Positions 23,999 through 35,062 of a stretch of DNA of 42,089 nt are shown piece after piece (positions within the stretch are counted from its first letter, which is position 1; each line of letters begins with the position of its first letter). The notes below the pieces were generated by a model. The model saw nothing but the letters and a program-made list of their open reading frames with translations, made no database searches and was not told where the DNA came from. Made by a program: the position numbers and the translations under genes. Origin of the DNA: Chiloscyllium plagiosum (taxonomy: Eukaryota); assembly GCF_004010195.1 (NCBI RefSeq), contig NC_057720.1, forward strand, positions 35,424,771 through 35,466,859, in the 5' to 3' direction.

Positions 23999-24236
23999 AT
24001 AAAAGCAAATTACTGCGGATGCTGGAATCTGAAACCAAAAGAGAAAATGCTAGAAAATCTCAGCAGATCTGGCAGCATCTGTAAGGAGAGAAAAGAGCTG
24101 ACGTTTCGAGTCTAACTGACCCTTTGTCAAAGCGGGCTTTGACAAAGGGTCAGTTAGACTCGAAACGTCAGCTCTTTTCTCTCCTTACAGATGCTGACAG
24201 ACCTACTGAGATTTTCCAGCATTTTCTCTTTTGGTT
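23999..24236. mobile_element. PLE fold-back mini-element with 102-bp arms
   Basis: Arms 24032-24133 and 24136-24237 (4 mismatches, 2-nt loop). 33-nt tail 23999-24031. 15-bp TSD TGCTATACTTTCTAA at 23984-23998 and 24237-24251. Confidence 0.9.
24134..24174 (+). ncRNA. Minimal hammerhead-like motif with a U3-A8 core variant
   Basis: GGGCU-UUGACAA-A-GGGUC-aguua-GACUC-GAAA-CG-UC-AGCUC. The same core is present on the minus-strand arm. Confidence 0.65.
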
Positions 24237-24539
24237 TGCTATACTTTCTAACACTTTTGGTAAAATTAGGTGAGAAACAAACACAACATTCAAACCATGT
24301 TCTCAGTTATGAATGAGTTTAAGTGAAACTACTGTGTGGAAACTACTGTGTGGGTTTGGTATACTGGGATCTATGACACAGCATTTTGCACTTGTTAGTT
24401 TTAAAGTAAGGTGCAATTGACAATTTGCAACTTCACAGCAATTGTGAAGTCACTTAGAATATCATTTTTTTTAACATCCCACTGTTTTTCCAGACTCTTT
24501 CCAAGTAGGCATTCAATCAGAAAGGTAAGTCAACCAATA

Positions 24540-24830
24540 TGAACATACAGGATCAGAGCAGAACTGGGACAACTGGCCCCTTGAGACTACTCCATCACTC
24601 GATAAAACTATAGCTGATTTGACTGCTCCACACTTCTGCCTTCCCCCATAATTTTTCAGCCTTTTCTTTCTCAAAAATCTACCTTCCTCAGACTTAAAAA
24701 TAATGAAACACTACGTTTCCACACATTTTGAGGAAGACAGTTCCAAAGACTCATAACTCTCAAAGAACAAAACTCTCACTTCATCTTGGTCTTAAATTGG
24801 GTGACCGCTTACTTTGAAGCAGTGACCAAC
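24540..24830 (-). mobile_element. Old CR1 3' fragment
   Basis: gaacatacaggatcagagcagaactggg...ccccttgag...gttccaaagactcataactct is a diverged reverse complement of a CR1 end. Confidence 0.6.
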
Positions 24831-25314
24831 AGTCATTGCCAAACAAATTAGTACACAAATTAACACTCTGATCTGACAAGTGGAAGACTTATACCAACAA
24901 CCTGTGAGTGAGAAGACGTCAGTCAACTGAAACTCACTTCTTATGTCATCATAGTCACTGCCTCTTACTGAACTTTTATTCTGTTCCTACTGTCATGCCC
25001 TTCCAAACATTTTTCACGTTAAGTCTCACCAAGTTTTCCCTTCATTAACAATGGAACTTTCAGCAATTTAACTTTAATATTATTTTGTTCTCAGCTCCTG
25101 GTGTGGTCTTAAATAGAATTCCATGTCCAACAAAATTATATATTCAAACTTCTCTAATTTATTGCATAGCTCATAAGGAATCAAGTTTGTGGCTCTTTGC
25201 TCCATCTCTTAGCGTAAACATTTATATGCTATGCTAACCGGAACAGTGCCTGATACCCTAATTGGGGGCTATACAATGAAGTATAAATCCCTCACACAAC
25301 TTCAAAAAATTCAT

Positions 25315-25461
25315 GAACAGGAATTGTTGGGAAAACTGAAGGGTCACTGGACCTGAAATGTTAACTCTGATTTCTCGCCACAGATGCTTCTAGACTTGCT
25401 GAGATTTCCCAGCAATTTCTGTCTTTATTTCTGATTTCCAGCATCTGCAATTTTTTTTGTA
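25315..25461 (+). mobile_element. Old PLE pLTR fragment with a short inverted 5' piece
   Basis: gaagggtcactggacctgaaatgttaactctg...ttccagcatctgca. Near-TSD tcaaaaaattcat/tcaaaagattcat at 25302-25314 and 25462-25474. Confidence 0.75.
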
Positions 25462-26247
25462 TCAAAAGATTCATACTTTACAATTCTGGATAAATATCTT
25501 GACAATCTATTCGTTTTAACTGTTCACTACAGTGCTTACATTGAAAGGTGACAACCTAATTTCTCTTCTGCTAATTTAATTCATCCATTGTGTGTGTATA
25601 GTATTTATTCATATGGCTACCATGGAGTAAATTATTGTGATTTTTTTTCTCTTTTGTTGCAAAAGTTATCTAAAATATCCTGAGTTTTTACTCTAAATTA
25701 TATCTATTAAGCTCCCTACTTTTGTACCATTAGCAAGTTTTAAACTTATTTTCGATACCTAAATTGTTAATAAGCATAGTAGAGTGACTTGCAGGACCTC
25801 ATGCTATATTCTCAAATATTAAATGTTCTCATCTCATGGAAATTACCTGCTTTCTATTCCATTAATAACCAGATTCAGATTAAATCCTATTTTACCTTTG
25901 ATTGTGGAGGTCATGACATTGAATGATGTTAACCTGGGTCCAAGAATAGATGTTTGGGAGATGCCAGTGATAATAGTGCAGGAGCCATTGCTGAAGTTAC
26001 ACTAGCCACAAATGGATATAGTGGAACCAAGGTAGGGCACTGCCACTCAAGACGTACAACAATGGAGAGGCAGTAGAGGAGGATGTTATGCTCGTTCAAC
26101 AAAGGTTACAGAGAAGAAACAAAAAATGTGGGTTATTGCACCTTAGTCAAAGAGGCTGCCATTCAAGAGTTTAATTAGAACTACTTCAATATAGTGCCTG
26201 GGCCAGAAACCTGATTGGAAAATTTCAAACATGGGGGCATGCATTTT

Positions 26248-27040
26248 ATGTGAGAGGGGACAAGTTCAAAGGAGATGTGAGGGGCATGTTTTTTTTAAAC
26301 ACAGAGAGTGGTAGGAGTCTGGAATGTGCTATCAGGGATGGTAGTGAAAGCAGATATAATGGGGCACTTAAGAAACGCTTAAGTAAACACATGAATATGC
26401 AAGGAATGACAGGATATGGAACAAGGTAAAAACAATGACTGCAGACGCTGGAAACCAGATTCTGAATTAGTGGTGCTGGAAGAGCACAGCAGTTCAGGCA
26501 GCAGCCGAGGAGCAGTAAAATCGACGTTTCGGGCAAAAGCCCTTCATCAGGAATAAAGGCAGAGAGCCTGAAGGGTGGAGAAGTAAGTGAGAGGAGGGTG
26601 GGGGTGGGAAGAGGGACTCCCTGAGATTCTTGTAGAGAGAGGAGGCAAGCTTCTTCAAGGCAGGCATCCTTGCAAGAGGATTCGCAGTAGGGTTAAAATC
26701 AACTGGGTAAAAACAATGACTGCAGATGCTGGAAACCAGATTCTAGATTAGTGGTGCTGGAAGAGCACATTTCCTCTATGCTACTTTCTCCCCACTCCCA
26801 CCCTCCTCTAGCTTACCTCTCCACCCTTCAGACTCTCTGCCTTTATTCCTGATGAAGGGCTTTTGCCCAAAACATCGATTTTACTGCTCCTCGGATGCTG
26901 CCTGAACTGCTGTGCTCTTCCAGCACCACTAATCGAGGATATGGAACAAGGGCAGGCAGAAGGGATTAGTTTAAGTCGGCATCATGTTCAGTACAACATC
27001 GTGGGCCGAAGAACCTGTTCTTCTGCTAAACTGTTCTATG
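26248..27040 (+). mobile_element. CR1 3' fragment interrupted by a PLE composite
   Basis: acacagagagtggtaggagtctggaatg...; resumes after 26935 with acaacatcgtgggccgaag...ctgttctatg. Confidence 0.82.
26427..26935. mobile_element. Family A PLE composite: two direct pLTR pieces on the minus strand plus an inverted pLTR
   Basis: ggtaaaaacaatgactgcag occurs at about 26425 and 26706. Inverted arm 26770-26934. 16-bp TSD AGGATATGGAACAAGG at 26411-26426 and 26936-26951. Intact hammerhead-like core on the minus strand at 26518-26554. Confidence 0.88.
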
Positions 27041-27534
27041 CAATTGTGAAAAAGATTGCTGAGGATTTGGAATGCAATAACACAGACTGTCTTTGCTCCC
27101 CACTCTAACACTAACCCTTTAATTTTGCTATAAATTCTATTACCCTCCTTGGCCAGTGTCTTGGACTAAATCAGACTGTTTGCTGATCAGTATCCAGTTC
27201 AATACTGGGGTGAACTTACACGACTATAGTTTGCTAATCACAATGACTACATGTGCCTCGCTCTGTAATTTAGTTAATCTCCTGCCAAAACCTCCCTTTT
27301 AGCTTTGATCTCACCAGTGTTCTGTCCAGCCTTTCATCCTCTATAGTCCATAAACTTAAACTCATCATGTTATGCAACAAATGGTATGTGCCCCTCACTT
27401 ATTTATGCAAAATTCCAAAATGAAAAATTCTCAAACTTAAAATGTTATGTTTAAGTTCCTACATCACTGATACTTTTATTTCTTTGTAACTTCCTTCAGT
27501 CTGATGATACAGTGGATGTCTTCCCAATGACGTT

Positions 27535-27820
27535 CATAATAATTACAGGGCAGAAGGGGGCCATTTGGCCTATCTGACAGACATCTGTTCTAATGTCTTG
27601 TCCAGCTCTATTATCTCGTGATAATCTCCTGCTTTTGCTTCATATCTTCTGACGCCATTACTATTCAAAACAAAATCATTCAATGCCCTCCTAAATATTT
27701 CAAATGAACCTGCCTCAACATTAAAAGGTAGTGCATTAAATACCCTAACAAATTGCTGTGTAAAGCTTTTTTTTCTCACATCATCCTGGTTTCATTTGCA
27801 CATCACTTTAAATCTATTCC
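27535..27820 (-). mobile_element. Old CR1 3' fragment within an L2-like relic (about 27100-28080)
   Basis: Peptide RKKSFTQQFVRVFNALP...FEIFRRALNDF. Confidence 0.7.
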
Positions 27821-29473
27821 CAGTCTCCATTCCTCTGACTCAAAAATCTATGCATCACTCCTCCCCACATCCTTCATTCCACTGCTAGTTAGAGTGATTT
27901 AGGTGCCCAGATTCACCTCTCTGGAATTTCTTTACTGAAATTTTTCAGACTTCTCTCTTACTTTACAACCTTCCTTAAAATCCACCTCTTGATCAAGCTT
28001 TTGGTTACCCTTCCTAACATATCCTTACGTCCTGCATCCACTTTTTTGTTTATCCTGTGTAAAATACTTAGGACATTTTTATTCTTTTCTTTCCTGTTAG
28101 TTGTAGACTATTTAGTTTGCAAATTTGTTTTATTTTCCTATATTGTTATCTTGTAGGTTCAACATTACTGTTTAGAAGTGTTCTACCTCTCTTAGAGTAA
28201 TAAGCTTTGGTGAAATAACCCAGTTACATTTTTCCTCAATCATTCCTCATCCCTTTCAAATTTGTTTAAAGACAGTTCTGATCCTTCCCAGTGCTGGCTG
28301 CCAAATAAACCAAAATTTAATCATGATGTGATTACTGGTTCCCTAAGGCTTCACTACTACTATATTGTGCATGTGGAGGAACTTGACCTTGACAAAGATT
28401 GTTCCTATTGGGTTTCATAACATATTGGGAAAGCATTCTCTGCTTCTGGATTACCACAATGGACCAAGTTCATTAACTGATTCTGCCACACTTCCATTTA
28501 GGCATTCACAATTAATTGTGAACTGATTGAAAGCAAGCATTATTACAACTGATTTCTCTATCCAAGCATAGATCATAAAATGAAATACAGGTAATCTTTT
28601 TGTCCAACTCACCCGGCTTTGGAAATCTATGGCTCCCCCAATCTGTCTCTTGACTGCTAAGTTTATGCCTTTTTCTTTCTCTAATAAAAGCTTTTATTCA
28701 CAACATTTCTAATGAAGAATTACTTCCGGAGATTACTGTTGACTTCTTTTTAATAGTTTATACCCATGATTTCTTGTCCTTTAATTGAAATATTAATGCT
28801 CCTGATTAGTTTTCTATTCTGCTTCGTATTTTGTAATGCTTCTGTGGTATCTTTTCAATCAACTATTTTAAAAGCTGAAGTGTCCAAAAGACTTATAGAA
28901 TCAGAGATGTACAGCATGGAAACAAACCCTTCGGTCCAACCCTCTCCTTACATCTCAGCCCTTTCATCCCTTGTATATTAGTAACAATAATGGACCATAA
29001 TACTCAAGGCCCATTGCAATTTCTGGAAGAATGACTGGTATACCAAAGATCTGACAATAAAACTCAGTACGCTGTTAGCCTTGTTGATTACCATACTACA
29101 TTGATTGGGCAAGCTAATCATAACTCTTAAATGTAACAGATTGCTGGTCAGTTCAGAACTTTAAATGCACTTTCCAGTTATTCCTCTCCTGTGATATTGA
29201 ATTTCATCCACTATTGTTCGAGTTACTTACAAAGTTTGCCTATGTCCATTTGCTTCCTCAACCAAGAATATTAATTATTCTTTCCTCTCCATGTTACATA
29301 TGAAATTACTTTCTAAACTCAAGCTGTTTAGATACAAAGAAGCACTTGCACATCAAACTTCCAGTATATTTAGCTTGACATCAGAACCCTAACTAAAACT
29401 TTCAGGTTTTTTTTAAGAATTAACTACAGATCCTTACAGTTTTAAACATATGTTCACATTCATCCAATGTCAA

Positions 29474-29684
29474 TGAAACAAAGAACTGTGGATGCTGGGA
29501 ATCTGAAAAAAAAAACAAAAGTTGCTGGAGAAACTCAGCAGGTCTGGCAATATCTGTAGAGAAAAACACAGAAGTAGTAGTAGTCAAGTTCTGAAGAAGG
29601 GTTACCAGACTTAAAACGTTAACTCAGCTTTCTCTCCACAAATGTTGCCAGATCTGTTGAGTTTTTCTGGCAATTTCTGTTTTA
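29474..29684. mobile_element. Old PLE fold-back mini-element
   Basis: Tail plus imperfect arms. The + arm begins gttctgaagaagggtt...aaaacgttaactc. 10-bp TSD CCAATGTCAA at 29464-29473 and 29685-29694. Confidence 0.8.
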
Positions 29685-30589
29685 CCAATGTCAACTTGGG
29701 TTACCTCATTCTCAGCAATTTAAAGAGGATTGTTCAAGTAACATATCCGCTCTCTGAAATTGTACTAACTTACATTCAATTTCAACATTCCATATTTTTG
29801 ACTTTATTGACTAGATGTTACTGCTGTAAGATTAATGAAGTTTGTTAATATTTGGCTTGTTTTCTCAACTTTTATTTTGGAGATGAGTGTAATGGCTAAT
29901 CCAGTGAGATTTCCTGTGCTCACTGACTGTTTCAGGATGATTACTGGTACTAGAGGCTTATTTTATCACGAAATAGCTTGGGCAAATACTAATTGTCCCT
30001 GAAGATTTATTCACTTTTAGTCTGTCAATAATTTCCATCCTGATAATGTCAAAATCAAGTTTATGTATAGGACATCCAATAATGGATGGCATACAACACA
30101 TCATTTCCAAAACCCATCATTTAGTTTTGATTCAATTTCAGTTTAAATTCTGCTTGCATCCTTAAAGAATCAATTCTTCACCGACCAACTTCCTATTATA
30201 ATTCGTGCAAATTTGACCATTCCCAGCCCTTGTTGCCAGTCTTCTAAAGCTTTTGCATTTTTGACTGTGAATTTGCTCATTTGTAACAGATTTATGAATT
30301 AGCTTTATAAATATCTTCCACTGTCTTAACGAAATTTATCGGGCAACCTCCAATCTTAACTTTTTTAAGGAAAAGAGCCCAGCTTGTGTAGTCCTTCATC
30401 TTTTCCTTAAGTATTAATATTTAGTGTCAATGAGAAGTAATTTCACATTGCAACAATGAGAAACTTGATGTATGGCAACGACAGAATCAAGTCCTGAACT
30501 AACATGAGAGCAGAACAGTGGGATACCCTCTCTAGCTCATTTACAAGTGCTGTCTTACACTTCTGTCCAAAAACATCATGGAATACAAC

Positions 30590-31260
30590 TAAGTGTCACG
30601 CCAATGGCATTACTATTGCTGAATCCCCCATTATAAACATCCTAGAGGTTAGCTTACACTAAAAACTTAACTGGATCAGCCAAGTAAATACTGTCGCTTC
30701 AAGAAAAGTCAGAGGCTGGGAATTCTGTAACAATTCTAGTAACTCAGCTCACAACTCCTCAGTCTAGACACAAGTCTGGAGTTTGATGGAATGCTTTTCA
30801 CTTGCCTGAACGAGTGCTGCTGCAACAAAACTCAAGATGCTCAACATTATCCAGGGCAAAACAGTCCACTTGACTAGCATTCCATTTACTTTCTTAAATG
30901 CTCTGCCATCAATGTAACATAGCAGTAGTATGCACCATATACAGGATGTATTACAACAACTTGTTGAACCTTCTTTGGCAGTATCTTCCAGCAACCTCTA
31001 ACACTAGGACAAGGGTAGAAAATACATGGGAACATCACTACCTGCAAGCTCCCCTTAAACCACACTCCCTCCTGACTTGAACTATATTGCCATTCCTGGA
31101 AATCCTGGAACTCCCTCCCAAATAGCATTGTGGATACGCATACACCACTTGGATGGCAGCAAAACAAGATGATGTCTCATCAGCACTTTCCCAAATGGTA
31201 ATTAAGTCTGGGCAACAAATGCTAACCTAAGCCAGCAATACATACACCCATGAAAGAATA
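30590..31260 (+). mobile_element. Old LINE 3' fragment (same family as 22270-23020)
   Basis: aatggcattactattgctgaatcccccattataaacatcct..., peptide TWEHHYLQAP, terminus gggcaacaaatgct...cccatgaaagaat. Confidence 0.78.
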
Positions 31261-31338
31261 AGTTTTCAAAAAAAAACTTAAAAACTATTTAGAAAGAGTT
31301 TCAGATTTCCTGAACCCTTTCTAAAACATGTGTATCCA

Positions 31339-31601
31339 CAGTTCAGACATTTAAATTACAAAATAAAAACAGAAAGAGTTGCGAATGCCGGAAATCGCAA
31401 AAAAGATTGTTGGAAAAGCTCAGCATCTGTGGAGAGAAATCAGAGTTAACATCAGATTCAGTGACCTTTCCTCAGAGCTGAACACAAAACATTATCTCTG
31501 ATTTCCTTCCACAAACGCTGCCAGACCTGCTGAGCATTTCCAACAATTTTTGTTTTGTTTCTGATTTCAGTTTTTATTTTGTAATTTAAATGTCTGAACT
31601 G
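31339..31601. mobile_element. Decayed PLE fold-back element bounded by a perfect 32-bp inverted repeat
   Basis: cagttcagacatttaaattacaaaataaaaac (31339-31370) is the exact reverse complement of 31570-31601. The interior is PLE pLTR-like on both strands. Confidence 0.8.
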
Positions 31602-31641
31602 CGAACATTGAAATGGAGAAGAACTTGCTTCAAATAGTAGA

Positions 31642-32388
31642 GGTAAAAACAATGACTGCAGATGCTGGAAACCAGATTCTGGATTAGTGGTGCTGGAAGA
31701 GCACAGCAGTTCAGGCAGCATCCAAGGAGCAGCGAAATCGACGTTTCGGGCAAAAGCCCTTCATCAGGAATAAAGGCAGTGAGCCTGAAGCGTGGAGAGA
31801 TAAGCTAGAGGAGNNNNNNNNNNNNNNNNNNNNNNNNNNNNNNNNNNNNNNNNNNNNNNNNNNNNNNNNNNNNNNNNNNNNNNNAGCGGCGGTGAAGGAG
31901 GCCCAGAACCTCCATGTCCTCGGCAGCGTGGGAGGGGGAGTTGAAATGTTGGGCCACGGGGCGGTTTGGTTGATTGGTGCGGGTGTCTCGGAGATGTTCC
32001 CTAAAGCGCTCTGCTAGGAGGCGCCCAGTCTCCCCAATGTAGAGGAGACCGCATCGGGAGCAACGGATACAATAAATGATATTAGTGGATGTGCAAGTAA
32101 AACTTTGATGGATGTGGAAGGCTCCTTTAGGGCCTTGGATAGAGGTGAGGGAGGAGGTGTGGCGCAGGTTTTACAGTTCCTGCAGTGGCAGGGGAATGTG
32201 CCAGGATGGGAGGGTGGGTTGTAGGGGGGCGTGGACCTGACCAGGTAGTCACGGAGGGAACGGTCTTTGCGGAAGGCGGAAAGGGGTAGGGAGGAAAACC
32301 TATCCCTGGTGGTGGGGTCTTTTTGGAGGTGGCGGAAATGTCGGTGGATGATTTGGTTTATGCGAAGGTTGGTAGGGTGGAAGGTGTG
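31642..32388 (-). mobile_element. Penelope-like element (Neptune-type), 5'-truncated, with GIY-YIG endonuclease remnant and 3' pLTR
   Basis: Minus-strand translation: AFRKDRSLRDYLVRS...GTFPCHCRNCKTCA (frameshift) HTSSLTSIQGPKGAFHIHQSFTCTSTNIIYCIRCSRCGLLYIGETGRLLAERFREH...PVAQHFN. The Cys-rich linker before GIY-YIG is a Neptune feature. Hammerhead-like motif at 31735-31771. Contains an N gap. Confidence 0.92.
31814..31884. other. Assembly gap (71 N)
   Basis: Run of N inside the PLE. Confidence 0.99.
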
Positions 32389-33215
32389 ACTGTCTTCTCT
32401 TCTTGAGAAGATTATTGAGGCATTGAAGGTATTTTAAAAAAGTAATGTACCAGCAGACCTTTCCATGGATACCTTTAATGAAGATTAGTTTGTGAAGGCT
32501 GAATGAATACAGAGTTAAGAAAGTCTTGAATATTTGTTGCCAAGAATAATACTGATAGTACTCATCATTACTAAGTAATAAATTTGTTAGCAACTTCCAG
32601 CATCCTGCAATCCACAGAAGAATCAGCATTCATAAAAATGCAATGACAAGCAATCAGTTTCTACCTATCAGTTACCCAGTAAACATACCAGAAAAAGACA
32701 ATGATTTTCACTGAAGTGTAAATTAATTTGAATGAAGTGACAAGGCTTAATTATTGTCCCGCAGGTTCTCTGGTAATAAAATTAACTATAAGCAAAGAAT
32801 CTCATTCCTTTAAATGTTAAGGATTGCTGAAAATCCTTTAAAATAAAACTTTCCTTTTTACTTCATCTTTCTCTATCTTATTTCACTTTCTGTATTGGAT
32901 TTGATTTTACATTGAATTAAAAATTCTATCTTACACTCCTGCAAAATTGGGCTCATGGATCAAGATATCTGCTTACTCCACGCCAATGTATTACAATGAA
33001 GACAGCACATTATTTTCATACTGTCTGCTTATTTAAACAACCTCTAATCAGCCAGCAAATGGACTGTGTTTTGGTTGAAAGCACCAACAGGGGTCTAAAA
33101 CTGTGAGGGGCTAGCGTCAATTAAAATTAGCCTGCACTGCTTAATGTTAGTCAGCATCTCTTAAGAAGATGAACTGTGGGTGGAAAAACTTGCACTGGCA
33201 GTACTTGGAAAAAGA

Positions 33216-33520
33216 GGGGAGACACAGTGGCTCAGTGGTTAGCACTGCTGCCTCACAGCAGCAGGGTTCCAGGTTCGATTCCAGCCTCAGGCGACTATCT
33301 GTGTGAAGTTTGCACATTCTCCCTGTGTCTGCATGGCTTTCCTCCGGGTGCTCCGGTTACCTCCCACAGTCCAAAGATGTGCAGGTTGGGTGAATTGGCT
33401 TTGCTAAATTGTCCATGGTGTTAGGTGCATTAGTCAGAGGGAAGTGGGTCTGGGTGGGTTACTCTTCGGAGGTTGGACCGAAGGGTCTGTTTCCACACTG
33501 TAGATAATCTAATCTAATCT
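33216..33520 (+). mobile_element. tRNA-derived SINE of the HE1/V-SINE type
   Basis: A box TGGCTCAGTGG (33228-33238), B box GGTTCGATTCC (33272-33282), V-domain-like gtttgcacattctccctgtgtctgc...ctcccacagtccaaagatgtgcaggtt, CR1-type tail ccgaagggtctgtttcc and (AATCT)3. Confidence 0.92.
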
Positions 33521-33687
33521 AGAATGGACTACAATATTTATCAGTCACTGCACTGAAGTTCTTTACAGAGGTGGTGAACAGAAAGAGGGATGCTGTTTAC
33601 TTTCAGGGGGTCATGAGGTCCTCCAGAGAGAGAGTCAAAAGGTAGTGAGACCAAACAGCCATGGACATTCATACTAGAAGTCAAGCC

Positions 33688-34965
33688 CTGAAGGGGTTGG
33701 TGATTATTTTCCAGAGTTCAATAGATTCGGGGTTGGTTCCTGAGGATTGGAGGGTGGCTAATGTTATACCATTTTTTAAGAAAGGTGGGCGAGAGAAAGC
33801 AGGTAATTATAGACCAGTTAGTCTGACCTCAGTGGTGGGAAAGATGCTGGAGTCTTTTATAAAGGATGAAATTACTGCACATCTGGATAGTAGTAACAGG
33901 ATAGGACAGAGTCAGCATGGATTTATGAAGGGGAAATCATGCTTGACTAATCTTCTTGAATTTTTTGAGGATGTAACTATGNNNNNNNNNNNNNNNNNNN
34001 NNNNNNNNNNNNNNNNNNNNNNNNNNNNNNNNNNNNNNNNNNNNNNNNNNNNNNNNNNNNNNNNNNNNNNNNNNNNNNNNNNNNNNNNNNNNNNNNNNNN
34101 NNNNNNNNNNNNNNNNNNNNNNNNNNNNNNNNNNNNNNNNNNNNNNNNNNNNNNNNNNNNNNNNNNNNNNNNNNNNNNNNNNNNNNNNNNNNNNNNNNNN
34201 NNNNNNNNNNNNNNNNNNNNNNNNNNNNNNNNNNNNNNNNNNNNNNNNNNNNNNNNNNNNNNNNNNNNNNNNNNNNNNNNNNNNNNNNNNNNNNNNNNNN
34301 NNNNNNNNNNNNNNNNNNNNNNNNNNNNNNNNNNNNNNNNNNNNNNNNNNNNNATTGAGTATAGAAGCGAAGAGGTTCTTCTGCAGCTGTACAGGGCCCT
34401 GGTAAGACCACACTTGGAGTACTGTGTGCAGTTCTGGTCTCCAAATTTGAGGAAAGACATTCTGGCTATTGTGGGAGTGCCGCGTAGGTTCACGAGGTCA
34501 ATTCCTGGAATGGTGGGATTACCTTACACTGAAAGACTGAAGCGATTGGGCTTGTATACCCTTGAGTTTCGTAGATTGAGAGGGGATCTGATTGAGACAT
34601 ATAAGATTATTAAAGGATTGGACACTCTGGCAGCAGGAAACATGTTTCCGCTGATGGGTGAGTGCTGAACCAGAGGACACAGCTTAAAAATACGGGGTAG
34701 ACCATTTAGGACAGAGATGATGAGAAACTTCTTCACCCAGAGAGTGGTGGCTGTGTGGAATGCTCTGCCCCAGAGGGCAGTGGAGGCCCACTCTCTGGAT
34801 TCATTTAAGAAGGAGTTGGATAGAGCTCTCAAAGATAGTGGAATCAAGGGTTATGGAGATAAGGCAGGAACAGGATACTGATTAGGAATGATGAGCCATG
34901 ATTATATTGAATGGCGGTGCAGGCTCAAAGGGCTGAATGGCCTACTCCTGCACCTATTGTCTATT
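33688..34965 (+). mobile_element. Young CR1 LINE, 5'-truncated, with an assembly gap in the RT region
   Basis: VPEDWRVANVIPFFKKG...NYRPVSLTSVVGK...QHGFMKGKSCLTNL / LVRPHLEYCVQFWSP. Tail cctattgtctattg. Confidence 0.95.
33982..34353. other. Assembly gap (372 N)
   Basis: Run of N inside the CR1. Confidence 0.99.
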
Positions 34966-34992
34966 GGCTTAAAATGAAGTCACATAGACACA

Positions 34993-35062
34993 GCTGCTGC
35001 CTGATCTGCTGTGCTTTTCCAGCACCATACTCTCGCCTCTAATCTCTAGCATGTGCAGTCCT
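34993..35062 (+). mobile_element. PLE family B 3' terminal fragment
   Basis: gctgcctgatctgctgtgcttttccagcacc...atctctagcatgtgcagtcct matches the reverse complement of 7412-7475. Confidence 0.7.

Noticed and set aside
24325..24352. Tandem 14-bp duplication gaaactactgtgtg x2
   Set aside because: Ordinary slippage or repair duplication with no further structure.
351..31601. Interpreting the hairpin elements as MITEs or miRNA genes
   Set aside because: TSD lengths vary, ends are asymmetric, and family A sequence matches the terminus of a GIY-YIG PLE; no known miRNA recognised.
33216..33290. tRNA gene
   Set aside because: The A and B boxes belong to a SINE head followed by a V-domain and CR1-type tail.
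33661..34668. 335-aa ORF as an intact gene
   Set aside because: CR1 ORF2 fragment whose length is inflated by 372 N. The gap is also shorter than the roughly 600 bp separating the same motifs in the 9085 copy.
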